Below, piece by piece: positions 1-8,342 of a DNA stretch of 64,000 nt (position 1 is the stretch's first letter; each line of letters begins with the position of its first letter). The stretch is from Spirochaetia bacterium (GTDB taxonomy: Bacteria > Spirochaetota > Spirochaetia > SZUA-6 > Bin103), in contig CBDATQ010000001.1 in the NCBI GenBank assembly GCA_965199955.1, positions 448,001 to 512,000 on the forward strand. The letters run 5' to 3'. Position numbers and translations under genes: made by a program. The notes beneath the pieces were generated by a model. It saw only the letters and a list, made by a program, of their open reading frames with translations, had not been told where the DNA came from and ran no database searches.

Positions 1-301
1 CGACCGCTTCGCGGCAGCGTGGTCACTACTGTCGGCAACCTATCGAGCCGAAATCTCGCTCCCCGATCAGATCGAGTCCGTCTACGGTCATGCCGCCTGA
101 CTCGTCAGTTCGAGACCTACACCCAATACAATGAGGCCATGACCGCGCGTTTTGGCCCCGGCTTTCGCCCAAACCGGTATCATGGTGGTTCGTGGTGTCA
201 TGATGAGGCGCGGCTTGGTATCGACACGCGGGACTTTTTTCATGATTCCCTTGTCTACGGCGCCTACGGCAGGAAACTACCGGGATGCGACCTACTCCTA
301 A
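1..301 (+). CDS. 3' end of a gene entering from the left edge; paralog of a domain of the modular lipoprotein (ends ...YGAYGGNYRDATYS* if one extra A near 271 is removed)
   Basis: Frame is open from base 1. Bases 125-295 match 1030-1202 in inverted orientation. Deleting one base at ~271 restores GGNYRDATY and gives TAA at 299-301. Confidence 0.65.
125..295. repeat. Inverted diverged repeat, copy A (copy B is 1030-1202)
   Basis: Manual alignment gives 16 substitutions, one 3-bp indel and one 1-bp indel over ~171 bp. Confidence 0.95.
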
Positions 302-309
302 ACGAACGA

Positions 310-380
310 TTGCGCGTGCCATTGATGGCGTGCGCGAATAGGATTGTAATGCGCGCGTTTGCTGCGCATTACATCCTATT
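310..380. terminator. Two adjacent hairpins between convergent genes (bidirectional terminator or REP-like)
   Basis: First hairpin gcgcgtgccat-tg-atggcgtgcgc (~312-335, with G-U pairs). Second hairpin aataggattgtaatgcgc...gcgcattacatcctatt (337-380) has a 17-bp stem with one bulge. Confidence 0.6.
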
Positions 381-843
381 GGTCCGCTTGGTCTGTTTGC
401 TCAAACAATCCGTCGACCGGTGCGGCTGCCGAGCCGGTCGGGCGGTACGGTTCGCATACTGGGCAATAACCGCGGGGCAGCGGTCCGTCATGTACCTGTG
501 GGTAGAACGCAAACAGGATTCCGCACGTTGCGCGGACGTTTTCTTCCGGGTGGCCAAAATGGGCGTAGGCGCACGCTTGCGCGCAATGCGCCGCTACCTG
601 AATCGTACCCGGCCAGGGTCCGTTCCAACCGGGGGGCGGTTCTGGCTTCGGCTCGGGTAAGTCAATCCAGTCCTGAAAGTCCTGGTCGGTCACGCCGGGA
701 CACCTGTCCGCCACCGGGGCCGGGGCCACGCGCACTTCAAAGCGAAGCGTCGCCTCATTGCCGTCGGCATCCTCGACGCGGTACGTCATCGCGTGGGTAC
801 CTTCGGCCGTCGCGGTCGGTGTGCCGCCCACTATGCGTGTGAT

Positions 844-1014
844 CGGATCGAACGTCAGCCCCGCGACCACGGGGACCAGCGTGTACGCCAGGGTGCCGTT
901 GCCGCCGGTCGCTTCGGGTAGCACCAGCGTCCCGATCGGCTCGCCGACCGCGTAGTCCTGGTCCGCCACTGCGCCGGTGAACCGCGGCGATGTATCGGGC
1001 GGATCGGGTGTCGG
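844..1014. repeat. Direct repeat encoding an Ig-like module (other copy 1952-2122)
   Basis: 171 bp with 5 mismatches clustered at ~900-919; encodes PTPDPPDTSPRFTGAVADQDYAVGEPIGTLVLP...GLTFDP. Confidence 0.95.
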
Positions 1015-1030
1015 CTCGTCCGCCGCCTCG
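1000..1030. repeat. 31-bp identical linker repeat (EAADEPTPDP), other copy 1808-1838; its 15-bp core also occurs at 2108-2122
   Basis: cggatcgggtgtcggctcgtccgccgcctcg is identical at both sites. Confidence 0.95.
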
Positions 1031-1202
1031 TAGGTCGCCTCCCGGTAGTTCCCGCCGTAGGCGCCGTAGACAAGGGAATCACGAAAAAAGCTCATCGTGG
1101 CGATACCACGCCGCGCCTCCGGATCCTGACACCACGAAGCAGCATGCCACCGGTTTGGGTGAACGCCGGGGCCAAAACGCGCGGTCATGGCCTCATTGTA
1201 TT
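1030..1202. repeat. Inverted diverged repeat, copy B (copy A is 125-295)
   Basis: Encodes YNEAMTARFGPG...DSLVYGAYGGNYREATY on the minus strand. Confidence 0.95.
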
Positions 1203-1677
1203 CGTCAGCGTAGAACACCTTGGTGTCATAGTCGTTAGCCACCCCCGTGCACCAACGAAATCGAAAGCTATCCGGGGGCATTACATGAGGCGGAAAGACT
1301 GCGTATGGATAAACAAACAATCTATTTGAATTGGCACGAACCTCCGTAAAAGTTTCCCACGATCGGTAGGTAGCAATCGACGGAAGGCAGGACTCAACAT
1401 CGGGCGTCGGCACAGGGGTCGTGCGGCAAGTACCGAAGTACGAATGCCACAAGGTCCCGTTGTGCAGGTAAAATTGTTGTCGATATCTCCAAAACTGAAG
1501 GTTGCGAAACTCTTCGCTGCTATTCTTAGCTCCTTCTCTTATTCTATCTTCAACAGATGCTTTAACCTCTGAAGGAAATGTGACTAACGGGTTATACATT
1601 TTCAACCGAACGTCGCAACTGTTGATAATCTCTATCTCGAAACCTATGTTACTAAGTGTGCTGGCAGCGGATCTGAT

Positions 1678-1715
1678 AAAAATGCGCTTTGGAGTGAAAA
1701 ATGCGCTTTGGAGTG
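1678..1715. repeat. Perfect 19-bp tandem duplication causing a frameshift
   Basis: aaaaatgcgctttggagtg x2. Confidence 0.95.
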
Positions 1716-1951
1716 ATGGTCAAGCACTGAGCGATGCAATCACCAACGGCCGCCGCGCTATCCCGATCCATGCACGGCAAGTCCGCACCTGGCAGCGGGG
1801 TTGGACCCGGATCGGGTGTCGGCTCGTCCGCCGCCTCGATCGTGATGGAGAACGTAACGATGTCCGCATCGCCGTCTTCGTCCCGCACGGTGTAGCTCAT
1901 CAAGTAGGCGCCGGGCGCGGCGGTAGGCGATCCGGTGATCGTCCGGGTTGC

Positions 1952-2122
1952 CGGATCGAACGTCAGCCCCGCGACCACGGGGACCAGCGTGTACGCCAGG
2001 GTGCCGTCGCCGCCGCTCGCCACGGGCAGCACCAGCGTCCCGATCGGCTCGCCGACCGCGTAGTCCTGGTCCGCCACTGCGCCGGTGAACCGCGGCGATG
2101 TATCGGGCGGATCGGGTGTCGG
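1952..2122. repeat. Direct repeat encoding an Ig-like module (other copy 844-1014)
   Basis: See 844-1014. Confidence 0.95.
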
Positions 2123-2987
2123 GTCTGGTTCCGGGTCGGGCTTGGTCTGCGGACCCGGGCATCCGTCAAGCGATGCCGTAACCGATGCCGGCAGTTCCGA
2201 AATCGATGAGAACGTCATCAATTCGGTTTGATCGGTTATGACAACTGTGACAAGGAGCTCACCAGACGACGACAATACAATGCGCTCGAGTAAACTGCCC
2301 TCGAGTACAGGCCAGGTACGTCCTCGTCCTGCTTCAAAACGCTGATAACACACGCCATTTTGAGTGTATATAATTCTGATGTGCGAAGAACTAACAATTA
2401 GATAGTAATTATAGCCTTGCGGAACCGCGCCAAGTAACGTGCCGTGCGTCAGCCGCCACGTTCCTTCAATCCTCGGGTCGGGCGTCGGGTTATCTTCCAA
2501 TCAGGGAACCGATCCTCGTACCCGATATGCGCAGGGCAACCGCGAACGCCGCTCAGGTCGACGCCGCTCAGGTCCGCCCCGCTCAGGTCGACGCCGCTCA
2601 GATTGGTGCCGTTCAGGTTGGCGGCGGGCAACCCCGATGAGCTGGCGTCGTTCAGGCTCGCGTTGCTCAGATTCGCGCCGCTGAGGTTCGTGTTGCTGAG
2701 ATTCGCGCCATGGAAGCGCGCCAAGCTCAGGTCGGCGCCCCTCAGGTTCGCCCCGCTCAGGTTCGTCCCGCTCAGGTTCGCCCCAGCAAACGTGCAATCC
2801 TGTAGATTCAGATTGCGCAGGTCTTTGCCAGCCAAGTTCGCTCCAGCGGAGTCGCAGTATTGGACCTCGGGAGTTATATTTGTATCGGGCGGCGGCTGAC
2901 TCGGGCCTTCATCGCATCCGATCAACAACGCCACCAGCGACGCGACAACGATACTCGCAGCCAACGACTTGGCAGGAAGCGTATGGT

Positions 2988-3569
2988 TCATGGTTCTCCT
3001 CCTATTTGGCGGGCACTTCGGGACGGCGGGGTATACCGAATTCCGAATGACAACAAGCCGATCTGAGCGCCCAAGCCGCCGGTGGTCGTTGCGGCCATCG
3101 CTATCGACAGGTTGTACGGTTCCAGAACGAGCGACGCCCCTCCGCTGAATTGAACGGCGTCGGAAATGAGCGCGGCTCCGGCGCGAAGCTCGACGAAGTC
3201 GGCGGGCCGGTATTCGGCGCCGACGCCTGCGTGCAGCGTTGGCCATGCCGCCAAGGTGTCGCCGAACCGGTAATGGAATTCGCCGGAGATCGTCACGTCG
3301 TCCACGGCTCGGTACGCCGCACCAATCCGGGCGGACGGAACGAGCGGCTGCGGAAGCCTCGACTTCAGGTCGGCCGGCGCCTCGTCGAACGGCCGCTCGT
3401 CACGGTCGCCGGTGTCACTGCCGGACAATCCGAGCGATCTGACGCTCGCCGAGGGAAGCTGCGCCGAGGTCCGAGGGGAAGCCGCGAGCAGCGTTGCGAC
3501 AGCGATCAGTGCCACTGTCAGGATTGCTAGGGAGCGCTTGGGTGAAGCCATGCCTGCGAAGAGGCGCAT
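2988..3569 (-). CDS. Secreted protein resembling the C-terminal strands of an outer-membrane beta-barrel
   Basis: Signal peptide and amphipathic strands (ARIGAAYR, HAGVGAEYR, ELRAG, FGIRY). TGn-TATAAT lies at 3583-3591 upstream. The stop overlaps the lipoprotein ATG (ATGA). Confidence 0.55.
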   Translation of the reverse strand: MRLFAGMASPKRSLAILTVALIAVATLLAASPRTSAQLPSASVRSLGLSGSDTGDRDERPFDEAPADLKSRLPQPLVPSARIGAAYRAVDDVTISGEFHYRFGDTLAAWPTLHAGVGAEYRPADFVELRAGAALISDAVQFSGGASLVLEPYNLSIAMAATTTGGLGAQIGLLSFGIRYTPPSRSARQIGGEP

Positions 3570-3643
3570 CTTTGAATTTTGAATTATAGCACGGCGGCCG
3601 GGCACCATCAACCACGCATTTGGGGTACGGAGCGCCTTGCCTG

Positions 3644-3673
3644 TTGACCGGGGTGGACGGGTGCGCGTAAGGT
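3644..3673 (+). promoter_or_regulatory. Putative sigma70 promoter of the trp operon
   Basis: TTGACC-18 bp-TAAGGT just upstream of the leader ORF. Confidence 0.5.
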
Positions 3674-3682
3674 AACGCGAAG

Positions 3683-3757
3683 ATGACCGATCGCAACGAC
3701 ATCTCGACGATCGATTCGACGCGCGACGTGCGCGCGTGGTGGTGGCCGGTGGTGTAA
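3683..3757 (+). CDS. trpL: trp operon leader peptide MTDRNDISTIDSTRDVRAWWWPVV
   Basis: 24-codon ORF with three consecutive TGG codons, upstream of a terminator and trpE. Confidence 0.85.
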   Translation: MTDRNDISTIDSTRDVRAWWWPVV

Positions 3758-3811
3758 CCGGAACCACGCACCATGTCGCACGGCGGCCAAGCCGCATGTC
3801 GACACGTGCTG

Positions 3812-3854
3812 AAGCCGCAGGTTCCGGTGCTCGTACCGGGTCCTGCGGCTTTTT
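3812..3854 (+). terminator. trp attenuator terminator
   Basis: Stem aagccgcagg...cctgcggctt with an inner ccggtgc/gtaccgg stem, followed by a T-run. Confidence 0.85.
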
Positions 3855-3873
3855 GTATTTACGGAGGAAGGAG

Positions 3874-5265
3874 CTGCAGAAGACAGTGACGAAGACGATC
3901 TCGGCCGAGCGATTCACGCCGGTGACGCTGGCCAGGAAGCTGGACGCGCGCGTGCTGCTGGAGTCGGCCTCCTTCATGAAGGGGCGCGAGCGCTACTCCA
4001 TCCTGCTGGTGCGGGAGGCGTTCTGCGTGCGCGAGACCGACGCGGGCGTGGTGCTGGTCCGGGACGGGACGGAAACGCGCCTGCCGGACCCCGAGCACGA
4101 CATACTGGACGTGCTGCGCTCGTTTGCGGCCGAGCACTCGGGCTCGGCGTTCGACTTTCCGTTCCCGGCCGGCGGCATCGGCTTCCTGAGCTACGAGTAC
4201 GCATCGCGCTTCGACACCGTGCGCCTGCAGGAGCGCCCCGACGTGCTGGGCCTGCCGCACGCCGCCTTCCTGTTCGGCCACCTGTTCGCGGTGTTCGACC
4301 ACTACGTCGACTCGGTGACCCTGCTCGGCATCAACTACGACGGGTACGAGATCGACCTGGACGCCGCCATCGGCGCAGCCATGGCCCGGATCGACGACAT
4401 GGACTTCAACTTCATGGCGCCTCAACGCCATCAGGGCACGGCCGAGGTGGTGGACTCGGGGGACCCGCCGCGCTTCATGGCCGGGGTCAGGGAGGTCCGG
4501 GAGGAGATCATCGCCGGCAACCTCCTGCAGGGCGTGCTGTCGCGCCGGCTGGCGGTGCGCACCGGCCTGCCGGCGCTGGAGGCGTACCGCAACCTGCGCC
4601 ACACCAATCCCTCGCCTTACATGTTCTACCTGCGCTACGACGGCTTCGAGCTGTTCGGGGCCTCGCCGGAGGTGCACGTGCGCTGCCGGCAGGGCCGCGC
4701 CATCCTGCGCCCGATCGCCGGCACGCGGCGGCGCGGGGCGGACCGGGCCGAGGACGCCGCGTTGGAGGCGGAACTGCTCGGCGACGAGAAGGAGCTGGCC
4801 GAGCACCTGATGCTGGTCGACCTTGGGCGCAACGACCTGGGCCGGGTGTGCGTCCCCGGCTCGGTCGAGGTGACGGAGCTCAACGTCATCGAGCACTACT
4901 CGCACGTCATGCACATCGTCTCCCAGGTCGAGGGAAACCTGTTCCCGGACTGCGACGGCATCGACGCGCTGCGCGCCACCTTCCCCGCCGGCACCGTGTC
5001 CGGCGCGCCGAAGATCCGCGCCATGGAGGTGATCGACCGCCTGGAGGCCGCGCCGCGCAGCTTCTACGCCGGGGTCGTCGGCTACGTCGAGCCGGACGGC
5101 TCCCTGGACACCTGCATCGCCATCCGCTGCGGGCTGAAGAAGGACGGGGTGATGGTGCTGCAGGCCGGCGCCGGAGTGGTCTTCGACTCGTCGCCGGAGC
5201 GGGAGCTGGAGGAGACCGACGAAAAACTGCGGGCGCTCGTCAGGGCGCTGGGAGTGGAGCTCTGA
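3874..5265 (+). CDS. trpE: Anthranilate synthase component I (start CTG 3874 or GTG 3886)
   Basis: Motifs LLESA, NPSPYM, GASPE, PIAGT, EHLMLVDLGRND, GTVSGAPK. Confidence 0.95.
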   Translation: MQKTVTKTISAERFTPVTLARKLDARVLLESASFMKGRERYSILLVREAFCVRETDAGVVLVRDGTETRLPDPEHDILDVLRSFAAEHSGSAFDFPFPAGGIGFLSYEYASRFDTVRLQERPDVLGLPHAAFLFGHLFAVFDHYVDSVTLLGINYDGYEIDLDAAIGAAMARIDDMDFNFMAPQRHQGTAEVVDSGDPPRFMAGVREVREEIIAGNLLQGVLSRRLAVRTGLPALEAYRNLRHTNPSPYMFYLRYDGFELFGASPEVHVRCRQGRAILRPIAGTRRRGADRAEDAALEAELLGDEKELAEHLMLVDLGRNDLGRVCVPGSVEVTELNVIEHYSHVMHIVSQVEGNLFPDCDGIDALRATFPAGTVSGAPKIRAMEVIDRLEAAPRSFYAGVVGYVEPDGSLDTCIAIRCGLKKDGVMVLQAGAGVVFDSSPERELEETDEKLRALVRALGVEL

Positions 5266-6911
5266 TGTACGTCCTGATCGACAACTACGACTCGTTTACC
5301 TACAACCTGTTCCAGTATCTGTCGGAGATCACCGACCAGGAGATCCGCGTGTTCCGCAACGACCGGATCGACGCGGACGGGATCGCGGCGCTTGCGCCTG
5401 ACGGGATCATCATCTCGCCCGGCCCGGGCCGGCCGGAGGAGGCCGGCGTCAGCGTGGAGGCGATCCGGCGGTTCGCCGGCAAGATCCCGATCCTGGGGGT
5501 CTGCCTGGGACACCAGGCGATCGGCGCCGCCTTCGGAGGGAGCATCGTCCAGGCGAAGGCGATCGTACACGGCAAGACCGATGCGATAACCTCGGACGGG
5601 CGCGGCGTGTTCCGCGGCATACCGTCGCCGGCGGTGTTCACTCGCTATCATTCGCTGGTGATCGACCCGGAGACGGTGCCGGACGGATTCACGGTGACCG
5701 CGCGATCCGCGGATGGCGAGATCATGGGCATCCGGCATGAACGGTACGTCGTGGAGGGCGTGCAGTTTCACCCGGAATCGATCGCGTCCGCATCCGGGAG
5801 GAGACTGTTGGCGAACTTTCTGAACTACAAGCGCGAACCGCTGGACGTGCCGGGGCTGCTGAACACAGTGGCGGCCGGCACCGACCTGACGCAGGAGCAG
5901 GCCGCCGCGTTCATGGAGGAGCTGACCGACGGCAACCTCAACGCGGCGCAGATCGCCGGCTTTCTGGTGGCGCTGAACGCCAAGGGCTACACGGCGGCGG
6001 AGATCGCCGGCTGCGTGTCGGTCCTGCGGCGCAAGAAGACGCCGCTGGAGGTGTCGGGCGACTTCCTGGACACCTGCGGTACCGGCGGGGCCGGCATCGG
6101 CAGCTTCAACATCTCGTCGATGGCGGCGCTGGTGGCCTGCACGGCCGGCGCCCGGGTGGCCAAGCACGGCAACCGGTCGTTCACCCGCAAGAGCGGCAGC
6201 GCCGACTTCTACGCGGCGCTGGGCGTCCGCTCCGACCTCAGCCCGGCGGCAACCGCCGAGCTCCTGACCACGACCGGATTCGCGTTCCTGTTCGCGCCCA
6301 CCTATCACGGCTCGATGCGCCACGCCGCTCCGGTGCGGCAGGAACTGGGCATCAAGACCGTGATGAACCTGCTGGGGCCGCTGGCGAATCCCGCCGGCGC
6401 CGCCTGCCAGGTGATCGGCGTCTACGACGGCGCGCTCTGCCGGGTGGTGGCGGAGGCGGCGCGGTTGCTGGGCGTGCGGCGGGTGATGACCGTGCACGGT
6501 GACGACGGCGGGGACGAGATCTCGGTGACCGGCCCCACGAGTGCGGTGCTCATCGACGAGTCGGGCGAGGCGACCGATCTCCGGCTGACGCCGGACGAGC
6601 TGGGCGTCGGCCGCCACGAGATCGGCGCGGTCGCCGGCGGCACGCCGGAGGAGAACGTGGCGGAGGCGCGCGAGTTGATGGCCGGCGGCGGGCGGCCGGC
6701 GCTGCGTGACGCGATCGCCGTCAACGCCGGCGCCGCGCTGCACGTGTGCGGGCTGGCCGGCGACATACGCGCCGGCACGCAGACGGCGCTGCAGGCGCTG
6801 GCCTCCGGAGCGGTCGCGCGCAAGGTCGAGGAGATCACGGCGCTGGCGGCGACGCTGGCCGAGCGCGGCGCCGCCGGCCCTGCCGATCGAAGACGGGACG
6901 GGTCCGCGTGA
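5265..6911 (+). CDS. trpGD: Bifunctional anthranilate synthase component II / anthranilate phosphoribosyltransferase
   Basis: IDNYDSFT, SPGPG, GVCLGHQ and QFHPES, followed by DTCGTGG and KHGNRS. Confidence 0.95.
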   Translation: MYVLIDNYDSFTYNLFQYLSEITDQEIRVFRNDRIDADGIAALAPDGIIISPGPGRPEEAGVSVEAIRRFAGKIPILGVCLGHQAIGAAFGGSIVQAKAIVHGKTDAITSDGRGVFRGIPSPAVFTRYHSLVIDPETVPDGFTVTARSADGEIMGIRHERYVVEGVQFHPESIASASGRRLLANFLNYKREPLDVPGLLNTVAAGTDLTQEQAAAFMEELTDGNLNAAQIAGFLVALNAKGYTAAEIAGCVSVLRRKKTPLEVSGDFLDTCGTGGAGIGSFNISSMAALVACTAGARVAKHGNRSFTRKSGSADFYAALGVRSDLSPAATAELLTTTGFAFLFAPTYHGSMRHAAPVRQELGIKTVMNLLGPLANPAGAACQVIGVYDGALCRVVAEAARLLGVRRVMTVHGDDGGDEISVTGPTSAVLIDESGEATDLRLTPDELGVGRHEIGAVAGGTPEENVAEARELMAGGGRPALRDAIAVNAGAALHVCGLAGDIRAGTQTALQALASGAVARKVEEITALAATLAERGAAGPADRRRDGSA

Positions 6912-8332
6912 CCATCCGCGACCGCATCGTCGCCGGCCGCCGGGAACGGGTCGCGCGGGAAGGACCGTCCTTGGGCGCAGCCGTTCCCGCCGAGCGGCAG
7001 GCGCCGTCCGCGCCGTTCGCGGCCGAACCGCTGCTGATCTGCGAGATCAAGAAGCGCTCACCTTCCCGGGGCGCAATCGACGCCGATCTCGACGTGGTCG
7101 CGCAGGCCGGACGCTACGCGGCAGCCGGCATCCGCCACGTGTCGGTGCTCACCGAGCCCGACCACTTCGGCGGCTCGCTCGACGACCTGATGCGGATCAA
7201 GGAGCGCTTCGGGCACCTCGCCGTGCTGCGCAAGGATTTCCTGCTCGACGAGCGGGACGTGGAGGTCTCCCACCGCGCCGGCGCCGACGCGGTGCTGCTG
7301 ATCGCCGGCATGATCGACCGGCAGCGGCTGGCGTCGATGCTGCAGGCGGCCGAGGGGCTGGGCATGGCCGCCCTGGTGGAGGTGCACGACCCCGCCGACG
7401 TGGAAGAGGTGCGCGCCCTGCGCCCGGCGCTGGTCGGCATCAACGCCCGCGACCTGACTACCTTCAGCACGGACCTGGCGCACCCACTGCGGCTGCGGCC
7501 GGCGATCGACTGGCCGGCGCGGCTGGTATTCGAGTCCGGCATCTTCTTCGCCGAGCAGGTCGCACCGGCTCGTGCCGCCGGATTCGCGGGCGTGCTGGTC
7601 GGCGAGGGCGTGGTGCGGCGGCCGGAGCTGGCCGCCGAGCTGGTGGCCGGATTTCAGGGCGTGGCGCCTGCCGACTTCTGGGGCCGGCTCTATGAGCGCA
7701 TGCCGCTGCGCGCGATCGGCGCCGAGGAGCCGACCCGCCCACTGGTCAAGATCTGCGGCGTCACGAGCCGTGACGACGTGCTGCGCGCGGTCGACGCCGG
7801 CGCCGACATGCTCGGTCTCAACCTGGTCGCCGAGTCCCCACGGCGCGTGGCGCCGGAGATGATCGCGCAGCTCGGTGACGTCGGCGCGCTGAAGGTGGGC
7901 ATCACGGTGGACGACGCCCAGGTCGCGGCGGAGCTGCAGCGCGACGGCCACCTGGATGCCGTGCAGCTTCACGGCGCCGAGCCCGCCGAGCGCTGCGCGG
8001 ACCTGGCGCAGCCCTACTACAAGGCGATCCGCGTGCGGGGCCGGGCCGACCTGGAGGGGATCGGCGACTACCGCTGTCCGCGGGTGCTGGTGGACGCGCC
8101 GGCGTCCGGCCGGCGCATCGACGCCGAGCTGATCGACCAGGCCGCTCGCCGCGGCCCGCTCTGGCTGGCCGGCGGCCTCAACCCCGACAACGTGGGCGCC
8201 GTCATCGACCGCCACGCGCCGGAGCTGGTGGACGTGGCCAGCGGCCTGGAGTCGTCACCGGGACGCAAGGACCCGGCCAAGCTGAGGGCGTTCTTCACCG
8301 CGATTCGCGCGCCGCTCGGAACGGCCGCATGA
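6908..8332 (+). CDS. trpCF: Bifunctional indole-3-glycerol phosphate synthase / phosphoribosylanthranilate isomerase
   Basis: EIKKRSPS, SVLTE and LRKDF, followed by VKICG, QLHG, LAGGL and DVASGLE. Confidence 0.93.
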   Translation: MTIRDRIVAGRRERVAREGPSLGAAVPAERQAPSAPFAAEPLLICEIKKRSPSRGAIDADLDVVAQAGRYAAAGIRHVSVLTEPDHFGGSLDDLMRIKERFGHLAVLRKDFLLDERDVEVSHRAGADAVLLIAGMIDRQRLASMLQAAEGLGMAALVEVHDPADVEEVRALRPALVGINARDLTTFSTDLAHPLRLRPAIDWPARLVFESGIFFAEQVAPARAAGFAGVLVGEGVVRRPELAAELVAGFQGVAPADFWGRLYERMPLRAIGAEEPTRPLVKICGVTSRDDVLRAVDAGADMLGLNLVAESPRRVAPEMIAQLGDVGALKVGITVDDAQVAAELQRDGHLDAVQLHGAEPAERCADLAQPYYKAIRVRGRADLEGIGDYRCPRVLVDAPASGRRIDAELIDQAARRGPLWLAGGLNPDNVGAVIDRHAPELVDVASGLESSPGRKDPAKLRAFFTAIRAPLGTAA

Positions 8333-8342
8333 GGAGTCTGAA

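Larger units (their letters stand above)
376..2991 (-). pseudogene. Modular surface lipoprotein (~865 aa when repaired): lipobox, pentapeptide repeats, unknown domain, Ig-like (He_PIG-type) module, unknown low-GC domain, second Ig-like module, Cys-rich C-terminus; two frame disruptions
   Basis: RBS AGGAGG precedes ATG 2991, and the signal peptide ends LLIG-C. A(N/D)LxG pentapeptides span ~2545-2845. ORFs 2449-3246, 1652-2500 and 376-1605 join into one frame after adding 1 bp near 2500 and removing the 19-bp duplication at 1678-1715. Confidence 0.8.

Noticed and set aside
19..660. Listed 213-aa ORF as a full gene
   Set aside because: The part after ~271 results from a frameshift and runs antisense to the lipoprotein; the real end is probably 301.
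125..1202. Canonical diversity-generating retroelement TR/VR pair
   Set aside because: Mismatches are not confined to adenines of either copy or strand (e.g. G/C, T/G), and no reverse transcriptase is visible in the window.
2540..2800. 15-bp periodic repeats as CRISPR or non-coding satellite
   Set aside because: They encode pentapeptide repeats and have no spacers.
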